Virus record (IMG/VR): IMGVR_UViG_3300014501_000023
Span: 1-54,378 of that record
Direction: 5' to 3' (one strand)
DNA length: 54,378 nucleotides
Source: a virus
Taxonomy: Duplodnaviria; Caudoviricetes
Positions 16,723 to 25,053 of this stretch are shown here, piece after piece. The first letter of the stretch is position 1; every line of letters begins with the position of its first letter. The translations under genes were made by a program, and so were the position numbers. Under the pieces are notes generated by a model. That model did no database searches, was not told the origin of the DNA, and was given only the letters and a program-made list of their open reading frames with translations.

Positions 16723-18389
16723 CCGTGCTGCGCCGCTTGCTCTCCTGGTTGCGTCCCAAGGTCGCCACTGGCGCCGGGCTCGACGCGGTCGTCAGTAGCC
16801 GTGCCGATAAGTACGCGTCGCCGGCGGACGGACTGATGCGGGCGCAGCAGGAGGCGGAGCGGGCGCAGGTGGAGGCGTTCACGCAGTCGGTGAAGGCGGC
16901 GTGTGACAGGATCCAGGTGTGGCAGCCGCCGGCGCCGGGCGCTGCGATGGACGCGAAGGACTCGCTGGTCTCGCTGTCGTCGGCGATGGATTCGTCGGAG
17001 AACGGGCTGCCGATGTTCAAGCAGGTGATGCTTGAGTTCGGCACGCAGATGCAGCTGCTGCCGTGGTACATGCGGCAGGGCTTCATCGGTTACCAGAACG
17101 CGGGCTTCATCGCGCAGAACTGGCTTGTGTACAAGGCGTGCGCGGTGCCGGTGGACGACGCGGTGCGCAATGGGTACGAGATAACCACCGCCACGGGCGA
17201 AGACCTGGACGAAGACGCGCTGAAGATCATCAAGGCGGCGGATCGCCGCATGGGCATCAAGGGCCAGTTGCGCCAGTTCGGCATCAAGGGTCGCATCTTC
17301 GGCATCCGCATCGCGATGTTTGAAGTGACGAGCGATGATCCGGATTACTACCAGAAGCCGTTCAACCCGGACGGCGTCAAGGCCGGCACGTACAAGGGCA
17401 TCTCGCAGGTGGACCCGTACTGGTGCGCGCCGATCCTGGACAGCACCTCCGCGGCCACGCCCTCGTCGCGGCATTTCTACGAGCCCACGTGGTGGCTGAT
17501 CGGGTCGCGCCGCGTGCACCGCACGCACCTCGTGATCTTCCGCTACGCCGAGCCGGCCGACGTGATCAAGCCCCTGTACCTGTTCGGCGGCATCCCGCTG
17601 CCGCAGATGATCATGGAGCGCGTGTATTGCGCCGAGCGCACGGCGAACGAAGCCCCGGCGCTGGCGCTGTCGAAGCGCAGCACGGTGTGGATGACGGACA
17701 TGGACAGGGTGATGGCCGACTCCGCGAAGGCGGACCAGGTGATGCGGGAATGGATCTGGCGGCGCGACAACTTCGGCGTCAAGCTCGGCGACAAGGCCTC
17801 GGAGGAGTTCCAGCAGTTCGACACGCCGCTCGCCGACTTCGACTCGCTGGTATGGACGCAGTACGGGCTGGTGGCTTCCACCGCCGGCTGCCCCATAACG
17901 AAGCTCCTGGGTACCACGCCCGGCGGGTTCGCGGCGACGGGCGAGTACGACGAGTCCTCGTACCACGAGGCGGAGGAGTCGCTGCAGGAGCGCGACCTTA
18001 CGCCGTTCCTCGAGCGCCACCACCAGCTGGTGATGCGTTCGGAGGTGGTGCCGAAGTTCCCCGATCTGGCCGACGTCGAGCTGGTGGCCAAGTGGAACGA
18101 GCTGGATGCGCTGACGCATGTGGAGCAGTCGGTGGTGAATTTGAACAAGGCGCAGACGGCCGCCGCGCTGATCGCCACGGGTGCGTTGTCGCCGCAGGAT
18201 GAACGGGCGCGCATTGCGGCGGACAAGGAGAGCGGGTATCACGGTATTGGCGTGGACCTGGTCGTCGAGGATCTGCCCGAGACCGACGACCCGGAAGCCG
18301 CTGGCGAAGCGGCGGGGCCGGCGAGGCGCTCGGCGAAGGCGGCGGAGATGGAAGAGGGCAAGGTTAAGTCGAATGGGGCCGGTGCATGA
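16719..18389 (+). CDS. portal protein (DUF1073 family)
   Basis: GFIGYQ..IAQNWLV.KAC..P.DDAVRNG; PITKLLGTTPGGF.ATGE.D; follows TerL. Confidence 0.88.
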   Translation: MTVLRRLLSWLRPKVATGAGLDAVVSSRADKYASPADGLMRAQQEAERAQVEAFTQSVKAACDRIQVWQPPAPGAAMDAKDSLVSLSSAMDSSENGLPMFKQVMLEFGTQMQLLPWYMRQGFIGYQNAGFIAQNWLVYKACAVPVDDAVRNGYEITTATGEDLDEDALKIIKAADRRMGIKGQLRQFGIKGRIFGIRIAMFEVTSDDPDYYQKPFNPDGVKAGTYKGISQVDPYWCAPILDSTSAATPSSRHFYEPTWWLIGSRRVHRTHLVIFRYAEPADVIKPLYLFGGIPLPQMIMERVYCAERTANEAPALALSKRSTVWMTDMDRVMADSAKADQVMREWIWRRDNFGVKLGDKASEEFQQFDTPLADFDSLVWTQYGLVASTAGCPITKLLGTTPGGFAATGEYDESSYHEAEESLQERDLTPFLERHHQLVMRSEVVPKFPDLADVELVAKWNELDALTHVEQSVVNLNKAQTAAALIATGALSPQDERARIAADKESGYHGIGVDLVVEDLPETDDPEAAGEAAGPARRSAKAAEMEEGKVKSNGAGA

Positions 18390-18679
18390 CGCGTTTTACA
18401 TTGAGGATGGGCAGTGCGCCGTTGCGCGCAGAAGATGTGGACGCTGTAGTCAGCGTTCTTTTGCCACTACTCGATGAAGGCAACCAGAGCGTGCTGCAGG
18501 ACTGGGCGTATCTCTGCAGCCATGATTTTGAACGATTGTGCAAAGACGGCTACCTCGTGGAGGTTTGCCCCGCAGCGTCCGACGCCGAGCGATGGGCGCC
18601 GGAGGTCACGATGAGTGTCCCGCGCTCTTGTTTCACTGAGGACGAAATCACGGAAATGAAACGTCGTGGTTATGCGTGA
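18386..18679 (+). CDS. hypothetical protein (shares a 22-aa motif with 8435..8782)
   Basis: ATGA-coupled; TMSVPRSCFTEDEITEMKRRGY. Confidence 0.55.
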   Translation: MTRFTLRMGSAPLRAEDVDAVVSVLLPLLDEGNQSVLQDWAYLCSHDFERLCKDGYLVEVCPAASDAERWAPEVTMSVPRSCFTEDEITEMKRRGYA

Positions 18680-19046
18680 CGTGAGGTACGCACTGCTCCT
18701 GCTGCTGCTGCTGCTCGCGCCGTTTGCCGCGCGCGCCGACTGCCTGCACAACTGGATGCAGTGCCCCATTGACTCATCGCTCCAAGTCAACAGTTTTACG
18801 ATACAGGCGGCTGCGACCATCGAGGCGATCACCACGGCGCGCACCGCGGCCACCAGGCGGCTGCAGCGCCACGCCATCACGGTTACGCAGGCGAAGGTCG
18901 TGCTGGCCGAGACCGATCTGGGACGCGGCCTGTGGGACGCGGCCCGCGTTGCATGCCACGCGGACGTGCACGGCAACTGCGACACTGCGGCGGACTCCCG
19001 CAAGGCGTTTGCGTTACTTGATCAAGCGCGAGGGACACTCCAATGA
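18672..19046 (+). CDS. secreted helical protein with two Cys pairs
   Basis: MRDVRYALLLLLLLLAPFAARA-D signal peptide. Confidence 0.65.
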   Translation: MRDVRYALLLLLLLLAPFAARADCLHNWMQCPIDSSLQVNSFTIQAAATIEAITTARTAATRRLQRHAITVTQAKVVLAETDLGRGLWDAARVACHADVHGNCDTAADSRKAFALLDQARGTLQ

Positions 19047-19213
19047 GGATCACTGTAGCTAATGCTCGGGCGCTGGCGGCCTCGTTGACCAACGCGGCGG
19101 CGCACGCGCAAGCGGCGAGCCAACCGGACTTCGACCTGCTCGACGCGCTGGGCGCCATGGATGACGATGCCCGCGAGCAGCTCGCCGCAGCCATTGCGAA
19201 CGCGGAGGATTGA
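19043..19213 (+). CDS. 56-aa Ala-rich protein
   Basis: hand translation MRITVANARALAASL...ANAED; ATGA coupling. Confidence 0.55.
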   Translation: MRITVANARALAASLTNAAAHAQAASQPDFDLLDALGAMDDDAREQLAAAIANAED

Positions 19214-19216
19214 CTC

Positions 19217-19369
19217 GTGACCAAGCCAAAGCCAAAGCCAAAGCCAAAGCGTCGCAAGGCCAAAGCCGCCCTGCCGCCCGTCGTACTACCGCGCACCGCG
19301 CTAGAGCAACTCGCGGACGCCGCGCGCACGTTTTTGAAGCACGCATCGGATTACCTCAAGGGGCCGTAA
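19217..19369 (+). CDS. 50-aa basic protein with KP repeats
   Basis: hand translation MTKPKPKPKPKRRKAK...; SD GGAGG; (AAGCCA)4 repeat. Confidence 0.5.
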   Translation: MTKPKPKPKPKRRKAKAALPPVVLPRTALEQLADAARTFLKHASDYLKGP

Positions 19370-19381
19370 GGAGCAGCGCAC

Positions 19382-19717
19382 ATGGGCCTGGTTCTTCTGA
19401 TCATCGTCATCCTGCTGCTCACCTGGGGAAGTTGGCCGGCGCGCGGGCCGATCCGCTACAGCTACGGGGCGCCGTGGCTCGCGGTTATCCTCGTGTTCGG
19501 CCTCATCCTGTGGCTCGTCGTGGGCATCGCGCTCAACATGGTGTGCCTGTACATCGCGCTGCTCTTCGCGATCATGGCGATGCTGCAGGTGCCGGCCTCC
19601 ATCGGACTCATCGGCGCGACGCTGACGTTCCTGATCCTCTCGCAACTGGTCGGGAGCGGCGGTGCCGATCTGAACCTTGGAGCGTTGCACATGTTCCACC
19701 GCGGGCCGCTGCGCTGA
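19382..19717 (+). CDS. polytopic membrane protein (about 4 TM)
   Basis: almost entirely hydrophobic 111 aa; SD AAGGAG. Confidence 0.65.
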   Translation: MGLVLLIIVILLLTWGSWPARGPIRYSYGAPWLAVILVFGLILWLVVGIALNMVCLYIALLFAIMAMLQVPASIGLIGATLTFLILSQLVGSGGADLNLGALHMFHRGPLR

Positions 19718-19725
19718 ATAGGAGA

Positions 19726-19902
19726 ATGACCGTGCCCAAGAAACCGAAACCTGCCCCATCGAAAGTTCAACCGCCTGCACCGGCACCTCCGCCACCGGAG
19801 CCGGATGACGACGAGGATGACGACGAGGCGGATGACAAGCCGCGTGATAAGCCGAGCGACAGCGACGAGGGCGACGAGTCGGATGGCGGTAACAACTACT
19901 AG
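19726..19902 (+). CDS. 58-aa Pro-rich/acidic disordered protein
   Basis: SD AGGAG; MTVPKKPKPAP...EPDDDEDDDEADD. Confidence 0.5.
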   Translation: MTVPKKPKPAPSKVQPPAPAPPPPEPDDDEDDDEADDKPRDKPSDSDEGDESDGGNNY

Positions 19903-20917
19903 TCCGAAGCGCGACCCCGCGGCCGATGCCGAGCGCCGCCGCGCGCAGGAGCTCTCGCGCCTGCGGGTGCAGAACGCGCAGCTGAAGGTCGACTCGCGCC
20001 GCTACGAGCTGCTGCGCCGTCGGATGCAGCGCGATGTGCAGGCGGGCAAGACGGTCGTCCCGCCTTCGTTCGTGCCCGTTCAGCCGGTCGACCCGCGCCG
20101 CGTGCCGACGCCTGGCAGCAAGGTGCTGCCTCCGCTGTCACCGCCGCTTTCGCTCGGTGTCCGGATGGGTGCCGTCATAGGCGCCGAGCTGCGGGCGATG
20201 GCAGTGGAGGCGCGCACGCTGATACGTGCGCTGCAGGCGCAACCGGATGTTCAGTCTGCGATGGACGCCCCGTCGGCCGACGCCTCGCACGGGTTCGAGA
20301 TGCTGAAGATCAAGTGGGCCAAGCGCTTCGACGCGCTGGCGCGAACGTGGGCGCGCCGCATGGTGACCGACGTCACTCAACAGAGCACGGCGCAGATGGC
20401 GCACGGGCTCAAGGACGTGGCCACGCTGTACCAGATCCAGTCCACGCTGCAGACGCCGCGGATGCGGGCGCTGGTCGAGGCGGCGACCGAGGCCAGTGTC
20501 GGACTTATTACCCGCATCCCGCAGCGGTTCCTCGGCGACGTGCAGACGCAGGTGATGAACGCGGTGACCACGGGCTCGGGCCTGGACAAGCTCGTGCCGT
20601 ACCTCACCAAACGCTACAAGGGCGACGCGCGGCACGCGCACCTCGTGGCGCTCGATCAGATCCGCAAGGTGAGCGAGTCGGTGAACGCGACGCGGCTGCA
20701 GTCGCTCGGCGTGGAGGAGTTTGTTTGGATCGCGACTAGCGGTGAAAGGTATCCGCGCAAGCTGCACCACGAGCACTTGAACGGCAGGACGTTCCGCTAC
20801 GACGATCCGCCGGTGATCCAGGTTAAACCGGAAGTTCGTGGTAAACCCGGAGATCTTCCATTTTGCAGGTGCCGTGCGCGGCCGGTGCTTAATTTCACGA
20901 GGATGGTGGCGGCATGA
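19883..20917 (+). CDS. minor head protein, MuF / SPP1 gp7 family
   Basis: A.DQ.RK....N..R...LGVEEFVW...R..H..LNGRTFRYDDPP...PG....CRC. Confidence 0.88.
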   Translation: MAVTTTSPKRDPAADAERRRAQELSRLRVQNAQLKVDSRRYELLRRRMQRDVQAGKTVVPPSFVPVQPVDPRRVPTPGSKVLPPLSPPLSLGVRMGAVIGAELRAMAVEARTLIRALQAQPDVQSAMDAPSADASHGFEMLKIKWAKRFDALARTWARRMVTDVTQQSTAQMAHGLKDVATLYQIQSTLQTPRMRALVEAATEASVGLITRIPQRFLGDVQTQVMNAVTTGSGLDKLVPYLTKRYKGDARHAHLVALDQIRKVSESVNATRLQSLGVEEFVWIATSGERYPRKLHHEHLNGRTFRYDDPPVIQVKPEVRGKPGDLPFCRCRARPVLNFTRMVAA

Positions 20918-21231
20918 TCGAAGATCAGAAATTCAACTGCCCGGCCTGCGGCGCGCCGGGCGAGACGATCAACGGGCAGGCGCTGTACAGCTGCATGTGC
21001 CGGCATGCCTGGGTGTTCAAGGCAGCCGCGTTTCCGTTGCACGCGCAGCCGCTGTGCAGCTGCCCGCCTGGCACGGTCTGCCTCAACGTCGCCTGTCCCC
21101 ACCGAGCGCAGGTGACGTGCGAGGCTGGCGTTGCACCGGTTGGTTTCGACACGATTATTGACAGCGATGGTGGCATTCACGGCGCTGTGCCGCTGACATT
21201 CCGCAGAGACTTGGGTGGGCACTACGAATGA
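20914..21231 (+). CDS. Cys-rich hypothetical protein
   Basis: ATGA-coupled; CPAC, CMC, CSC..VCLNVACPHR. Confidence 0.55.
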   Translation: MIEDQKFNCPACGAPGETINGQALYSCMCRHAWVFKAAAFPLHAQPLCSCPPGTVCLNVACPHRAQVTCEAGVAPVGFDTIIDSDGGIHGAVPLTFRRDLGGHYE

Positions 21232-21479
21232 CGATCAAAGATGAACACGCGAGTGGCAACGCCAAGCCGGCGGCTGCGCCCAAGCCTGCGACGCCCGCGA
21301 TGAATGCGCCGCTCAGCGTGCAGTGCTTCACGCACAGGGGCGAGCTCGTGGTCGTGTTCAGCGCACCCGTCAAGCAGTGGTTCCTCACCCCCGACGCCGC
21401 GCGCCAGACGGCCAAGGCGTTCAGCGAGATGGCCGCGGCGCTGGACGCGCAGGAGTCGGCGCAGGCCACGAAGCAATGA
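21228..21479 (+). CDS. hypothetical protein
   Basis: ATGA-coupled 83 aa. Confidence 0.55.
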   Translation: MTIKDEHASGNAKPAAAPKPATPAMNAPLSVQCFTHRGELVVVFSAPVKQWFLTPDAARQTAKAFSEMAAALDAQESAQATKQ

Positions 21480-21667
21480 TCGGGCCGAAGGCCGTGCGCT
21501 ACATGGAAGCGGCGGACATATTCGAACAGTCCGCGCGCCACCACAGGGTCATGGACCGCGACCCGGCGCAGGTACTCAAGCTGCGCGCCGGTATCCAGGA
21601 GTTCAAGCGCATGCTCGAGACCCGCAACACGTTACTGGCCCGCCAGCGCCCCCTGCGCGTCGCATGA
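21476..21667 (+). CDS. hypothetical protein
   Basis: ATGA-coupled start (MIGPKAVRY...). Confidence 0.5.
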   Translation: MIGPKAVRYMEAADIFEQSARHHRVMDRDPAQVLKLRAGIQEFKRMLETRNTLLARQRPLRVA

Positions 21668-21795
21668 TGCGCCATCACAAAAAGCACGCCTCGATCGCCG
21701 CGCCCACGCGCGTGGCTGTGCGCGTGCAACGCACCGTCCCTCAATGGCGCCGTCATCAGCGGCGCCGCCATCACCATCATCACAGGAGACATTCC

Positions 21796-22179
21796 ATGCA
21801 AGCAGTCATCACTTGGGTCGACCCGACCACTCTGTCCGACGGCACCACGGCGATCCCCGCCGGCGACTTCGCCTTTGTGCAGGTCTCACGGTCGATCGAC
21901 AACGGGCAGACGTACGAGGCTGCGGGGCACGCGGCGCCGGGCCAGCAGACGTTCACCGACGACCTGGATGGGTTCGCCCCGGGCGCCGTGCTGTACAAGC
22001 TGGAGTCGGTCGACACGCAGACCCCGGCCCTCGTGGGCCCCGACAGCTCGGTCGTATCGGTCACGATCCCCGTGCCCGCGCTCGCTGCCATTGGCGCCCC
22101 CTCGGGCGTAGCGGCGGTGCTGCAGGCGGACCCGACGCCGGCACCCGCTCCCGCACCGGCTGCTTCAAGGCGGCTATAA
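21796..22179 (+). CDS. single FN3/Ig-like domain protein (possible upstream start at 21664)
   Basis: AVITWVDP...VSRS...QTFTD...YKLESVD...GPDS FN3 pattern; SD AGGAG. Confidence 0.6.
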   Translation: MQAVITWVDPTTLSDGTTAIPAGDFAFVQVSRSIDNGQTYEAAGHAAPGQQTFTDDLDGFAPGAVLYKLESVDTQTPALVGPDSSVVSVTIPVPALAAIGAPSGVAAVLQADPTPAPAPAPAASRRL

Positions 22180-22191
22180 GCCACCAGCGCG

Positions 22192-24453
22192 ATGCCGCTC
22201 CTGGCAGGCAAGGGCAAGGTCGGCCACAACATCCGCGAGATGCAGCGGGCCGGGCACCCACATGAGCAAGCGGTCGCGGCCGCTTTGCACAAGGCGAACG
22301 ACGCCGGCGCGGGCGTGCTCCTCACCCACGACGACCGCGCGCTGTTCCTCAAGCGCAGCGACGACGGCGCGCACGATCATCCGGGGGAGTGGTGCTGCCC
22401 GGGCGGCTCTGTAGAGGCGGGCGAGACGCCGGAGCAGGCAGCGCGGCGCGAGTTCACGGAGGAGACGGGCTTAACGGGGCTGCTCACCGGCGACTTCACG
22501 CGCGTGGACGAGGGCGACGGGTTCGTGACTTTCAGGCAGAACATCGGGGATGAGCCGACGCCGACGTTGAACAGCGAGCACATCGAAGCGCGCTGGGCGC
22601 CGCTCGCCGACCCGCCGCAGCCGCTGCACCCGGGCGTGACGGCGACGCTGAAGAAGCTGCTGGGCGGGGAAGTGATGGACGCGGAGTGGAACGAATCCGA
22701 TCACCCTCGCAGTGAGGAAGGTGAATTTGCGTCCACCCCAGGCGGGAAAACTGAGTACGTATCTTCCCCGACCAACAACCCCACGAACATGAAGCCTCAT
22801 CGTGAGGCCAGGGCGAAGGCGTGGGAGCATGCTAACTTTCTCAAAGGGAAAGGGCACGAGGACGTAAGGGTAACGAAGCGCGACTCGTTGTTCACTGTGC
22901 CTGTGTCGGGGCGTGGGCAAAGCTTCAGTACGACATTCACTGTGCATCACGGGCAGCCGAAGTCCGGCGCGCAGGACCGTCGCGAGTATGACGACAACGG
23001 GTGGTTCGAGGTCTTTGACAACCCGATCTCCTCCGTCGGCGTTTACGAGTACTCCGAGGCCAGCGTGGTCGAGGGCGGCGACCCTCGCAAGATGGTCGGC
23101 GTGTTCCGGCCGCCAGAGGAGCTGGACAACCCGGAGACCATCAACAGCTTCCGGCTGATGCCTTGGACCGACGATCACCCGTCGGCGCTGCTCGGCAGCG
23201 AGTCCAAGGGGCTGGTGCCAGCCGAGAAGAAGGGCGTGCACGGGGTCATCGGCGAGAAGGTCTACTTCAAGCACCCGACGCTGTACGGCAACCTGAAGGT
23301 GTTCTCCGAGTCGCTTAAGGGCAAGATCCCGAGCAAGCGCGAATTGTCGTGCGGCTACCACTGCACGTTCGTTCCGCAGGACGGCGTGTACGAGGGCAAG
23401 CCCTACCAGTACGTGCAGAAGAACATCCGCGGCAACCACGTATCATCCGTGGACGCTGGGCGCATGGGCGCGGGCGTGCGCGTCATGGACGCGGCCGAGT
23501 ATTTCACTTTCGCGTTAGATATGCGGGTGCGCGTTGATCCAAATTGGAAGGAAACAATGCGCGACGACGAGCAGAGGGACTGCCTCGACGCCGATACACT
23601 CAAGTTCATCGAGGACTCGTTCGGCTCGCTCGTTGGCGAGCTGGAGCGCAAGGGTTACAGCAAGGCTTACGCCACTAAGGTGGCCGGAAAAGTTGCCGCC
23701 GAAAAGGGTGACGCTGGCCATCATCAATCAACCGATGGAGACACTACCGTGGCTGAGAAAACCGAAGCTGAGTTGAAGAGAGAGTCCGAGGATCGAAAGG
23801 CGGCGCGCGACTCCAAGCGCAGCGGCCTGGACGCGGCGCGCGCAAAGGACGGCATGACCTCCGAGGAAGAAGAGGCTTGCGATACGGCCGAAGCGGCGTG
23901 CGACGCGGAGGAGGACGAGGACGACAAGAAGGACGAGAGCAAGGACGCGCGCGATCGCAAGAGCGCCCGCGACCGGCGCGCCGGGGCGCGCGACGCGCGC
24001 AAGGGGACGCGCGACAAGAAGGCGGCGAAGGATACCAAAGACGTTAAGGACGCCGCGGACAAAGCGGCGCGCGATGCTGCCGCGAAGGGCAAGGGCATGG
24101 ACGCCGCGGAGGTCGAGACGCTGGTCGAGCGCAAGGTCAACGAGCGCGTCGAGGCGCGCGTGGCCGCGATCGGCCCGACGCTGCGCAAGGAGGAGGCGGC
24201 GAAGAACGGGCTCTACGCCCGCTTGTCGCCGATCATCGGCGCGTTCGACGCCGCGGAGATGACCCTCCCGGCGATGGCCACGTACGGGCTCAAGAAGCTC
24301 GGCGTCACCGCCGAGGCCTCCGATCCGGTGACCGCGTTGGACTTCCTGCTGGTCGGTCGCGCACAGGCGGCGCCAGCGCCCGGTGTCCGGGCCTTCGCGC
24401 AGGACGCCGCAGCGGGGACCACGTCCGTGGACGGCTTCTTCGCCTCGCTGTAA
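22192..24453 (+). CDS. NUDIX hydrolase fused to DUF2213 prohead protease and scaffold
   Basis: NUDIX box GGSVEAGETPEQAARREFTEETGL; DUF2213 motifs PWTDDHP, RELSCGY, GNHV..V..GR.G; charged C-terminal scaffold. Confidence 0.85.
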   Translation: MPLLAGKGKVGHNIREMQRAGHPHEQAVAAALHKANDAGAGVLLTHDDRALFLKRSDDGAHDHPGEWCCPGGSVEAGETPEQAARREFTEETGLTGLLTGDFTRVDEGDGFVTFRQNIGDEPTPTLNSEHIEARWAPLADPPQPLHPGVTATLKKLLGGEVMDAEWNESDHPRSEEGEFASTPGGKTEYVSSPTNNPTNMKPHREARAKAWEHANFLKGKGHEDVRVTKRDSLFTVPVSGRGQSFSTTFTVHHGQPKSGAQDRREYDDNGWFEVFDNPISSVGVYEYSEASVVEGGDPRKMVGVFRPPEELDNPETINSFRLMPWTDDHPSALLGSESKGLVPAEKKGVHGVIGEKVYFKHPTLYGNLKVFSESLKGKIPSKRELSCGYHCTFVPQDGVYEGKPYQYVQKNIRGNHVSSVDAGRMGAGVRVMDAAEYFTFALDMRVRVDPNWKETMRDDEQRDCLDADTLKFIEDSFGSLVGELERKGYSKAYATKVAGKVAAEKGDAGHHQSTDGDTTVAEKTEAELKRESEDRKAARDSKRSGLDAARAKDGMTSEEEEACDTAEAACDAEEDEDDKKDESKDARDRKSARDRRAGARDARKGTRDKKAAKDTKDVKDAADKAARDAAAKGKGMDAAEVETLVERKVNERVEARVAAIGPTLRKEEAAKNGLYARLSPIIGAFDAAEMTLPAMATYGLKKLGVTAEASDPVTALDFLLVGRAQAAPAPGVRAFAQDAAAGTTSVDGFFASL

Positions 24454-24514
24454 TAAACCCGCACGCACCGCGCCTTAAACATCCCAAGCCGCTTCATCGC
24501 GGAGGAACCCTCTC

Positions 24515-25024
24515 ATGACCACTTTCCAACAGACCGTCAACGTTGACCTGAACCTCGGTGTTCCGGGCGACATCATCCTGGACGAGCCCATGCGCGTCAC
24601 GCCGGTGACGCTGGCCGCTGCGGGCACGCTCGGCTACTTCTTCACCATCGCCAACAACACCGGCCTCGCATCGCCCGGCGTCGCGCTCGCCGCGGGCTCC
24701 ATCATCTTCGGCGGCATCGGCGTGTTGCCGAAGGACGAGCCGCTGTTCGGATCCACGGCAGCCACCCCGCTGACCCCGAACCTGATCGTGAACGCAAACT
24801 CGCAGATCGCGCTCATGAGCCTGGGCTCGTGCGTGGTCGAAATCCCGAACGCGTGGGAGATCGGGGACTACGTGCAGTACAACACCACGACCGGCGCGCT
24901 CGCCACCTACTCCCCGAGCGGTTCGCCCACCGGCGGCTTCGCGCAGGTACCGAACGCGGTCATGGTGCGCTTCGGCAACGCCGCGTCCGGCGGCGGCGTG
25001 GGCATCGCCCGCCTCACGAACTAA
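24515..25024 (+). CDS. capsid decoration/cement protein
   Basis: FQQTVN....GVPGD N-terminus; between protease and capsid genes. Confidence 0.7.
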   Translation: MTTFQQTVNVDLNLGVPGDIILDEPMRVTPVTLAAAGTLGYFFTIANNTGLASPGVALAAGSIIFGGIGVLPKDEPLFGSTAATPLTPNLIVNANSQIALMSLGSCVVEIPNAWEIGDYVQYNTTTGALATYSPSGSPTGGFAQVPNAVMVRFGNAASGGGVGIARLTN

Positions 25025-25053
25025 TCGCACCCACTTTTTAGGAGCAAACGTAA

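Noticed and set aside
16593-18242. 549-aa minus-strand ORF (likewise 1323..2477, 2700..3971, 14953..15924, 25081..26094, 30674..32116, 39681..40706)
   Set aside because: Each lies opposite a well-supported gene in a unidirectional operon; no SD or motif support.
19382-19717. Firm holin call
   Set aside because: Hydrophobicity fits, but there is no adjacent endolysin or spanin and no family motif; kept only as a membrane protein.
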